Origin: an uncultured Gammaproteobacteria bacterium
GTDB lineage: Bacteria; Patescibacteriota; Microgenomatia; Levybacterales; GWA1-39-11
NCBI GenBank assembly: GCA_964537315.1
Contig: CAZIAP010000001.1
Span: 121,149 to 185,148 of the forward strand
DNA: 64,000 bases
Direction of reading: 5' to 3'
Position numbers and translations under genes: made by a program. Positions 57,601 through 64,000 of the stretch are shown piece by piece. Positions within the stretch are counted from its first letter, which is position 1. Every line of letters begins with the position of its first letter. The notes under the pieces are model-generated. The model worked only from the letters and a program-made list of their open reading frames with translations, had not been told where the DNA came from and ran no database searches.

Positions 57601-58911
57601 TTACTTTGTAAATTCCAGCATTGCTTTTTTTCTAAGTAACCTGTGGTAGGTAACCGCAAATCTATGAGCTTCATCTCTAATTCTGCGAAGTAAGTTAATA
57701 CCCGGTGTTTCTTTAGGTAGCTTTATCTCTTCAAACTCATATTTATTTCCATATGTTGGTACTGGTAGCACAATAATCTCCTCTCTCTTTGCCAGCCCGA
57801 TAAGGGGTATATCTATACTCGCGCTAGAAAGTGCTCCCATAGCAGCACTTACTTGTCCTTTTCCTCCGTCTATCACAAATAGGTCAGGTAATGGCCAATC
57901 ATTGTTTAGTCTACGCCTCAACATCTCATTCATCATGAAAAAATCATCCGGTGTAGACTTGGCTTTTATCTTAAATCTTCGGTAATCTTTTTTTGAGACA
58001 TCGCCGTTTATTAATACCACCATAGAACCGGTAGCCTGCTTGCCTTGTATATTTGAAATGTCATAGCACTCTATTCTCTCCAGTTTGGTTACACGAGGAT
58101 CGTGAGCCTGAAGTATCTTGACTAAAGAGTCTACTTCTTTAATAATCCGATCAAAATATAAATCCGGTTTCTGTGCATACTCAAAAGGTGAATAATGCTC
58201 GCTAGTGATTAGCTCTATTGCTTCAATTTGTTTTTGTATTTTTGCTGCTATTTCAAACTCTTCATGTTTAACTGCATCATTTTGCTCAGCCTTAAGAGTT
58301 TTCATTAATGTTTGTTGTTTACCACTTAAGAATTGTTTGATTTTTTTAATGTCTTGTTTGTATCTAATAAAGTTATCAGGTCGTGCAGGTATACACGGGC
58401 AAAGTCCAAGATGGTTGTATAAACAAGTTCTTTTAGGGTGGTTTATTACAGACTGATATGGAAATATCCGACGAAGAAGCTTTAAAATAATTTTCACATC
58501 TCCAATGTTAGTATAAGGACCGAAGTACGAAGACCCGTCCTTGACTACTTTTCTGGTAATCGTAACGTAAGGAGCGATTTTTTTATCACCTTTGTAAACT
58601 TTAATATAAGGATATGATTTGTCATCTAGTAGCTGGATATTATAAAACGGCTGATGCTTCTTAACTAGTACCGCCTCAAGCAAAAATGCCTCAACTTCTG
58701 ACCCTACTTGAATATAATCAATTGACTTAATATCACCAACAAGTTTAATTGTTTTTGCATCTAACGCAGTTTTTGAAAAATAAGATGAAACACGCTTTTT
58801 AAGGTTTTTGGCTTTGCCAACATAAATAACCTTATTTTGCGCGTTTTTGTATATATATACGCCGGGTGATTCCGGCAATGATAAGTAGGCTGATGAGTCC
58901 AATTGTTCCAA
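57601..58911 (-). CDS. uvrC: Excinuclease ABC subunit C (short form lacking the C-terminal HhH region)
   Basis: GIY-YIG (PGVYIYKNAQNKVIYVGKAKNLKKRVSSYF), a UvrB-interacting region and an RNase H-like endonuclease domain (DISNIQG...DGGKGQ). 436 aa, ending before any helix-hairpin-helix motif. Confidence 0.85.
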   Translation of the reverse strand: MEQLDSSAYLSLPESPGVYIYKNAQNKVIYVGKAKNLKKRVSSYFSKTALDAKTIKLVGDIKSIDYIQVGSEVEAFLLEAVLVKKHQPFYNIQLLDDKSYPYIKVYKGDKKIAPYVTITRKVVKDGSSYFGPYTNIGDVKIILKLLRRIFPYQSVINHPKRTCLYNHLGLCPCIPARPDNFIRYKQDIKKIKQFLSGKQQTLMKTLKAEQNDAVKHEEFEIAAKIQKQIEAIELITSEHYSPFEYAQKPDLYFDRIIKEVDSLVKILQAHDPRVTKLERIECYDISNIQGKQATGSMVVLINGDVSKKDYRRFKIKAKSTPDDFFMMNEMLRRRLNNDWPLPDLFVIDGGKGQVSAAMGALSSASIDIPLIGLAKREEIIVLPVPTYGNKYEFEEIKLPKETPGINLLRRIRDEAHRFAVTYHRLLRKKAMLEFTK

Positions 58912-60658
58912 TACCTCCGATTATTAGTGAGTTCTGATGTGGAAATACACCTACCTGAATGTTTTGCGTGTCGGTGTACCCTTCAAAAGTGATTTTAATA
59001 GGGAACGTACGATTTGTCAAAAATGGAACATGTTCAAATGCAAGCGGTACAGCAACTTTTCCATACGGTGGTAGCACATCAATCACAAATTCATTCTGAC
59101 GTAGTGGAATGTCAGACTCTATAGTAACCGACTTGTTATAAAGCGCGGTGTTTCCAGTATTTTGGATTAGAACATGCCCTTTGATGGGAAAAACAGAAAG
59201 CGCGTAAGACGGAAGCGAAGTTTTAAGACTTACAAAAGATTTCTTCTCAAAATTCGATTTATCAGTGAAATCTATCCGTACATCTTTTGAATCAACTGTA
59301 AATTTATATCCGCCTGCTGGGACAGGATAGTTACTATCCAGCCCCTTTTTAACAAATGCGATATGGTCAAAATCAAATACCTCAAAATAGTCTGATCCCC
59401 CTGTGGTATTTCCCCAAGTAGGATCGACCATTATCCAGGTTCTTTTCTTTTCATCATAGTACTCTGGCCATGCATGGAGCACATCCTTAATTAGAGATAA
59501 AGGCCGTAGTTTGTCGTTCTCAGTATGCGCGTACCCTTCAATTGATCGAGCAGGTATTCCTTTACTTCTTGCGAGCGCAACGAACAGATCAGTAAACTCA
59601 AGGCACACTGCGTTAGATGGGTTTTTTAAGGCTTCCTTTGCTCCAATCCTATCATTATCTCCTGTTACTTTATCGTAGTTATATGAAAGTGTACTAACTA
59701 CATATTCATAAATGTCTTGTGCAGTATTCAAGTTTTTTGCAGCCTCACGTACTTCTTTACTATTTAGTTCCCAGTAAGGTTGAGTTACTAGATATTTTTT
59801 TCTGTCTTCTGCAGTAAGAATTTCAGGCTTAGGTGTGTGGAGAAGTCTGACCATACCAGTTACATGTATCGTTCTTTTTTGCTGTGAAGAAAGGTTAAAC
59901 TCTGCGAGCCAATTGCCATCTTTATCTTGATATACATCTGCTGGAGCAGGGTCAATTTTATTGATAATTACATCTTGATAGTTGGTTGAGGGAGGAAGCG
60001 CAATCTCAGTTTTAATAGGAAATAAATTAGAGTTTGTAATGTGATAATCGAGGTCAAACGAATAGTACTGCTCGCTTCCAAACACTACAAAAATACCTGC
60101 TTCTCCGATTTCCTCTTTTTCAAAAGTTATTATATTGTTGTCATACTGATAAATTTTTTTGGGCTTTATTATTGTGGGAGTACCAAAGGATGTGGGAACA
60201 TGAAGTGAAAGCGTATATTTTTCAAACTCTGAAATATTGCGTACTCCCGGAACTCCGATTTCCAAAATTGATCCATTTTTGTGAGCTATTTCTTTTGAAG
60301 TAAAGCTTACAGTAAAAGTGTTTTGTCTATTGAGTCCGACGACTCTGTCTTGGAACTTAATATCAATTTTTTTTCCATCTTCCTGATCTTCAACCGTAAA
60401 TGGAATTGCTCCGCCTGGACCTAATACAGAGATATTGCTCACATCACTATACCCAATAGTCATCCCGTAGGAGGGAGTGTAATAGTACTCTGTATTATTT
60501 GTTATAGTAATCCTCTGTGTTACGTATGTAGTAGTATCTTCCTGAATAGAAAACGTTGAGGCAGAAGATATGGAAAAAGTATCATCTGCTGCATGGACTG
60601 TGATAGGAACAAAAGCGAATATGAAAGATAAAAACAACGTAGAAATTAAATTTCTCAT
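58832..60658 (-). CDS. Secreted/membrane-anchored transglutaminase-like cysteine protease domain protein
   Basis: Signal peptide. Core Cys (NAVCLEFTDLFVALARSKGIPAR), His (HAWPEYY) and Asp (WIMVDPTWGN) motifs of the transglutaminase-like superfamily. C-terminal TM helix. Overlaps uvrA by 4 nt and the annotated uvrC start by 80 nt. Confidence 0.7.
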   Translation of the reverse strand: MRNLISTLFLSFIFAFVPITVHAADDTFSISSASTFSIQEDTTTYVTQRITITNNTEYYYTPSYGMTIGYSDVSNISVLGPGGAIPFTVEDQEDGKKIDIKFQDRVVGLNRQNTFTVSFTSKEIAHKNGSILEIGVPGVRNISEFEKYTLSLHVPTSFGTPTIIKPKKIYQYDNNIITFEKEEIGEAGIFVVFGSEQYYSFDLDYHITNSNLFPIKTEIALPPSTNYQDVIINKIDPAPADVYQDKDGNWLAEFNLSSQQKRTIHVTGMVRLLHTPKPEILTAEDRKKYLVTQPYWELNSKEVREAAKNLNTAQDIYEYVVSTLSYNYDKVTGDNDRIGAKEALKNPSNAVCLEFTDLFVALARSKGIPARSIEGYAHTENDKLRPLSLIKDVLHAWPEYYDEKKRTWIMVDPTWGNTTGGSDYFEVFDFDHIAFVKKGLDSNYPVPAGGYKFTVDSKDVRIDFTDKSNFEKKSFVSLKTSLPSYALSVFPIKGHVLIQNTGNTALYNKSVTIESDIPLRQNEFVIDVLPPYGKVAVPLAFEHVPFLTNRTFPIKITFEGYTDTQNIQVGVFPHQNSLIIGGIGTIGLISLLIIAGITRRIYIQKRAK

Positions 60659-63546
60659 GCAATACCGAGTTCTCGAGCTAAATATCTTCCGGTATGTGAC
60701 TCTTTATTACGCGCAATCTCATGTGGAGTTCCGACAGCGATTATCTGTCCGCCGCCTTCTCCACCTTCTGGTCCAAGATCAATAATATGATCTGCGTTCT
60801 TGATCACATCCAGATTATGCTCAATTACTATTATAGTATTACCTTTTTCGACCAGTTTACGCAATACCGCAATCAATTTTTGAAGATCAGCAAAGTGCAA
60901 CCCCGTAGTCGGCTCATCTAATAGATATAGACTTTGTCCCTGTCCTTTTTTAGACAATTCCGCAGCCAACTTAATTCGCTGTGCCTCTCCTCCTGAAAGA
61001 GTTGGAGCTGGTTGTCCAAGTCTTACATAAGACAGTCCTACTTCCATAATAGTTGATAGTTTGTTTGATAGACCTTCATGAAAAGAAAAGAAAGCTGCTG
61101 CCTCACTGACCGTCATATTTAAAACATCAGCAATATTTTTACCCTCGAACTGAACCTCCAATGTATCTTGTGTAAATCTTGTTCCGTTACACACTTCACA
61201 CTCAATATACACGTCAGGCAAAAATTGCATCTCAATCTTAATCTGCCCTTCTCCCTCACAGTTTTCGCATCGTCCTCCACGGACATTAAATGAAAATCTA
61301 CCAGGTCCATATCCACGTAGACGCGCTTCGCGAGTATTTGCAAAAATATCCCGAATATATGAATATGCGCCAGTGTACGTGGCCGGATTACTGCGAGGAG
61401 TACGACCAATTGGAGACTGGTCAATCATGTATACTCGTTTCAGATGCTCATACCCTGATATGCTCTGAAATTTACCAGGTCTTTGCCGATGAAACACGTT
61501 TTTTTCTTGAGCAATTGCGTGATATAGCACATCATTGATTAATGTAGATTTTCCACTTCCTGAGACGCCTGTTACACAGATAAGCTTTCCCAGAGGAAAT
61601 TCAGCAGATACGTTTTTAAGATTGTGTTCCTGGACACCTTGTATTCTAAGTGTCAGTCCTTCATGTGGATTTTCACTGTCTTTGCTTCGTTTTACTACAA
61701 TTTTTTTCTTTCCGGAGAGATAAGGACCTGTTACAGACTCTTCGCTTTCCATAATCTCTTGTGGAGTTCCACTAGCTACTATAGATCCTCCAAACTCGCC
61801 TGCTTTAGGACCGATATCAAAAATGTAATCAGACTCCTCCATCATTTCTTTGTCGTGTTCGACTACTACCACACTATTTCCCAAATCTCTGAGACGCTTG
61901 AGGGTACTAATAAGTTTAGTATTGTCACGTGGATGAAGTCCTATGGATGGTTCGTCCAAAACATACAGTACTCCGGATAATCCGCTTCCGATTTGGGAAG
62001 CAAGTCTAATACGCTGGGCCTCTCCACCAGCTAATGTATGCGCGCTTCGGGATAAAGTTAGGTAAGAAAGTCCCACGTTGTTTAAAAACTTAAGTCGTAC
62101 TAATATTTCACGAAGTATCATTCGTGATATTTCGTTTTCCTTTTTGTTTAACACCTCAGGCAATCCATCAACAAATTTTTCTGTCGCTTCTATACTCATA
62201 GTGCTTACTTCAGAGATACTTTTTTGATTTACTGTGACAGACAGTGCTTCTTTTTTTAGTCTTGCGCCATTACAAATTTCACATATCTTAGGAGTCATGT
62301 ATTTCTCAATCTCTTTTTTAATGAGTTCAGAATCTGATTCTGTGTACCTGTTGAGTAGGTAATTTACGACACCCGGATAGCTCTCATAAATCTTAGTTGG
62401 TTCACCAAACCTATTTTTTCCTTTTACTTCGTACAGCCTGTCTCCTGTTCCATAGAGTAATAACTCCTTCTGTTCAGGAGATAGATGCTTAATTAACAAG
62501 TCCATGGGAACATTGTTATCTTCTAATGCGGTACGTACAGTTCGACCAAACCATGTCTCTTTGTCATATATATTGGATAGTGCAAGTATTCCACCTTCTG
62601 CGATGGTTAGTTCTGGATTCAAAACTAACCCTTCATCAATATCATGTCTGATACCAAGTCCATTACAGCGCGGACATGCGCCATAAGGAGAGTTAAATGA
62701 GAATAAACGAGGCTCTATTTCTTCAAATGCAATACCACACTCAGGACAGGCGAATTTTTGAGAGTACAGCGTGTCTTCCATCTCAGTTGGCTTATCAGGA
62801 AAACTAAACGACTCATCAGATACTTTGGAGATGATCACTTCTCCGTTTCCGAGGTTTAACCCTTGCTCAACTGACTCAACAAGACGTTGACGGTCATAGT
62901 CTTTAGAAAGCGTTACACGGTCTATTATTGCGTCAATTGTGTGTTTGTTTGTTTTAATTAACACAAGATCTTCGTCAAGTGAGTAAACTCGTCCGTCAAT
63001 TCTTACACGTTGGAAACCTCTTTTTTTTAGATCACGAAAGAGATCAGTGTACTCTCCTCGTCTACCTTTTACTATCGGGGCAAGAATCATAATACGTGTT
63101 GGAGTAATTCCAATAAATTTAGTAATAATCTCTTCGACGACTTGTTCCTTAGTAATCCTCGATATCTCTCTGCCACAATTTGGACAATGTGGGTGACCTA
63201 TGCGCGCGTATAAAAGTCGCATATAGTCATAAATCTCAGTCACGGTTCCAACTGTTGAGCGTGGGTTGTGCGAGGTGCTCTTTTGGTCAATTGAAATGGC
63301 TGGAGATAATCCTTCAATAAGGTCAACATCAGGCTTTTTCATGACACCCAAAAACTGACGCGCATATGAAGAAAGAGACTCAACATATCTTCTTTGACCC
63401 TCTGCGTAAATTGTGTCAAACGCAAGTGAGCTTTTACCACTCCCTGACAAACCTGTAAAAACAACTATTTTATACTTTGGAATCTCAAGGTCTATGTTTT
63501 TGAGGTTATGCTCTCGTGCGCCTTTTATAACTATTTTATCAATCAT
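60655..63546 (-). CDS. uvrA: Excinuclease ABC subunit A
   Basis: Two ABC cassettes ([11 protein letters not shown] and [10 protein letters not shown] Walker A; LSGGE signature motifs twice) plus the Zn-finger CxxC pairs typical of UvrA. 963 aa. Confidence 0.95.
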   Translation of the reverse strand: MIDKIVIKGAREHNLKNIDLEIPKYKIVVFTGLSGSGKSSLAFDTIYAEGQRRYVESLSSYARQFLGVMKKPDVDLIEGLSPAISIDQKSTSHNPRSTVGTVTEIYDYMRLLYARIGHPHCPNCGREISRITKEQVVEEIITKFIGITPTRIMILAPIVKGRRGEYTDLFRDLKKRGFQRVRIDGRVYSLDEDLVLIKTNKHTIDAIIDRVTLSKDYDRQRLVESVEQGLNLGNGEVIISKVSDESFSFPDKPTEMEDTLYSQKFACPECGIAFEEIEPRLFSFNSPYGACPRCNGLGIRHDIDEGLVLNPELTIAEGGILALSNIYDKETWFGRTVRTALEDNNVPMDLLIKHLSPEQKELLLYGTGDRLYEVKGKNRFGEPTKIYESYPGVVNYLLNRYTESDSELIKKEIEKYMTPKICEICNGARLKKEALSVTVNQKSISEVSTMSIEATEKFVDGLPEVLNKKENEISRMILREILVRLKFLNNVGLSYLTLSRSAHTLAGGEAQRIRLASQIGSGLSGVLYVLDEPSIGLHPRDNTKLISTLKRLRDLGNSVVVVEHDKEMMEESDYIFDIGPKAGEFGGSIVASGTPQEIMESEESVTGPYLSGKKKIVVKRSKDSENPHEGLTLRIQGVQEHNLKNVSAEFPLGKLICVTGVSGSGKSTLINDVLYHAIAQEKNVFHRQRPGKFQSISGYEHLKRVYMIDQSPIGRTPRSNPATYTGAYSYIRDIFANTREARLRGYGPGRFSFNVRGGRCENCEGEGQIKIEMQFLPDVYIECEVCNGTRFTQDTLEVQFEGKNIADVLNMTVSEAAAFFSFHEGLSNKLSTIMEVGLSYVRLGQPAPTLSGGEAQRIKLAAELSKKGQGQSLYLLDEPTTGLHFADLQKLIAVLRKLVEKGNTIIVIEHNLDVIKNADHIIDLGPEGGEGGGQIIAVGTPHEIARNKESHTGRYLARELGIA

Positions 63547-63737
63547 GGTTTTCTGCTCTTCATTCTGAGCTGACCGACAGCCAACAAAGAAAAGTGTAAT
63601 AAATTTATGATTAACTACGCGTAAATTTTACGAAGTATGCGAAAGTTAAACAGTCTATTATAGTCTAATCTGCGCGCCAATTACAAGCAGTGATATAGAG
63701 AGAGTGATAAAAAGGTATAATACATTTTCATTCTAAA

Positions 63738-63813
63738 TGTCCAGAACCGATCTCGACATTTTATAGATTTGTGGCTATTTTTATAAATTCTGTCTAGAAC
63801 CGATCTTGACAAG
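63738..63813. promoter_or_regulatory. Two tandem 21-bp TGTC-N13-GACA elements (TGTCyAGAACCGATCTyGACA) in the uvrB-uvrA intergenic region
   Basis: tgtccagaaccgatctcgaca (63738..63758) and tgtctagaaccgatcttgaca (63791..63811), 53 bp apart. Confidence 0.35.
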
Positions 63814-63845
63814 TAGAAAAATGTACTAGAAGTGATGATTTGTAG

Positions 63846-64000
63846 CTAGTTTTGTTGGAGGTATCGGATTTTGTCGCGAAGTAGAGCTGCAGTTTCAAAG
63901 TCTAGTGATTTTGCAGCTTCTTTCATCTCTGATCTTAGTCTTTTAATAAGTTTCTCTCGCTGATCTGGGAGAAGTACTTCTTTATCCATCATTGGTGCAA
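63846..64000 (-). CDS. uvrB: Excinuclease ABC subunit B, C-terminal end (the gene starts beyond the window)
   Basis: Minus-strand translation ...MMDKEVLLPDQREKLIKRLRSEMKEAAKSLDFETAALLRDKIRYLQQN* is the UVR domain of UvrB. Confidence 0.8.
   Translation of the reverse strand, partial: APMMDKEVLLPDQREKLIKRLRSEMKEAAKSLDFETAALLRDKIRYLQQN

Noticed and set aside
1-64000. CRISPR arrays, rRNA genes, transposases/IS elements, and alternative genetic code (TGA recoding)
   Set aside because: There are no regularly spaced direct repeats, no rRNA-like conserved stretches and no transposase motifs. Long genes such as uvrA and the P-type ATPase read through intact with standard stops, so code 11 fits.

Overview
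This is an AT-rich (mid-30s % GC by eye), gene-dense bacterial chromosomal segment. It uses the standard genetic code and has genes on both strands; many genes have short leaders or are leaderless. I can support about 75 CDSs and 8 tRNA genes (Leu-TAA, Ala-GGC, Pro-TGG, Gly-TCC, Arg-TCT, His-GTG, Lys-CTT, Arg-TCG), none with encoded CCA except His. I found no rRNA and no CRISPR array.

The gene content is housekeeping and envelope-related:
- **Start of window:** an Obg GTPase 5' end (found by hand on the minus strand at 1..266) and a CorA Mg2+ transporter.
- **Signalling:** three histidine-kinase loci.
- **Metal homeostasis:** a Zur-like/ZIP operon.
- **Cell-surface glycan island (20.1-27.4 kb):** PIG-L deacetylase, WbqC-like protein, GT39, GH18-like protein, processive GT2, and UDP-xylose synthase/UDP-glucose dehydrogenase homologs.
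- **Transport and isoprenoid:** a P-type Ca2+-type ATPase, a polyprenyl synthase and a YhhQ queuosine-precursor transporter.
- **Damage-tolerance cassette:** a DnaQ-exonuclease::GIY-YIG protein, a small ORF and a Y-family polymerase.
- **Second glycosylation locus:** a DPM1-like GT2 followed by a flippase-like/DUF2079 membrane protein.
- **uvrB-uvrA-(transglutaminase)-uvrC cluster** on the minus strand with SecG.

The non-routine signals I would look at first:
1. A 7TM/inactive-transglutaminase gene coupled to a RimK-like ATP-grasp fused to a retropepsin-like 'Zn-protease' domain, a predicted peptide-ligase/tagging system that is essentially uncharacterised.
2. A ~55-60 nt promoter-plus-leader-hairpin module shared by three tRNA genes, with an extra orphan copy.
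3. A truncated tRNA-Arg 5'-half copy carrying a 35-nt palindromic insertion, sitting at the transcription start of the tRNA-Arg/tRNA-Lys unit.
4. A tRNA-Gly 3'-end duplicate bordering the glycan island.
5. A tRNA-His overlapped by an HNH endonuclease gene and followed by a GC-rich islet with a duplicated consensus promoter and a leaderless gene.
6. Tandem TGTC-N13-GACA repeats between uvrB and uvrA, and other palindromic operator candidates.

All calls are from reading the sequence and recalling family motifs. No database searches were run.
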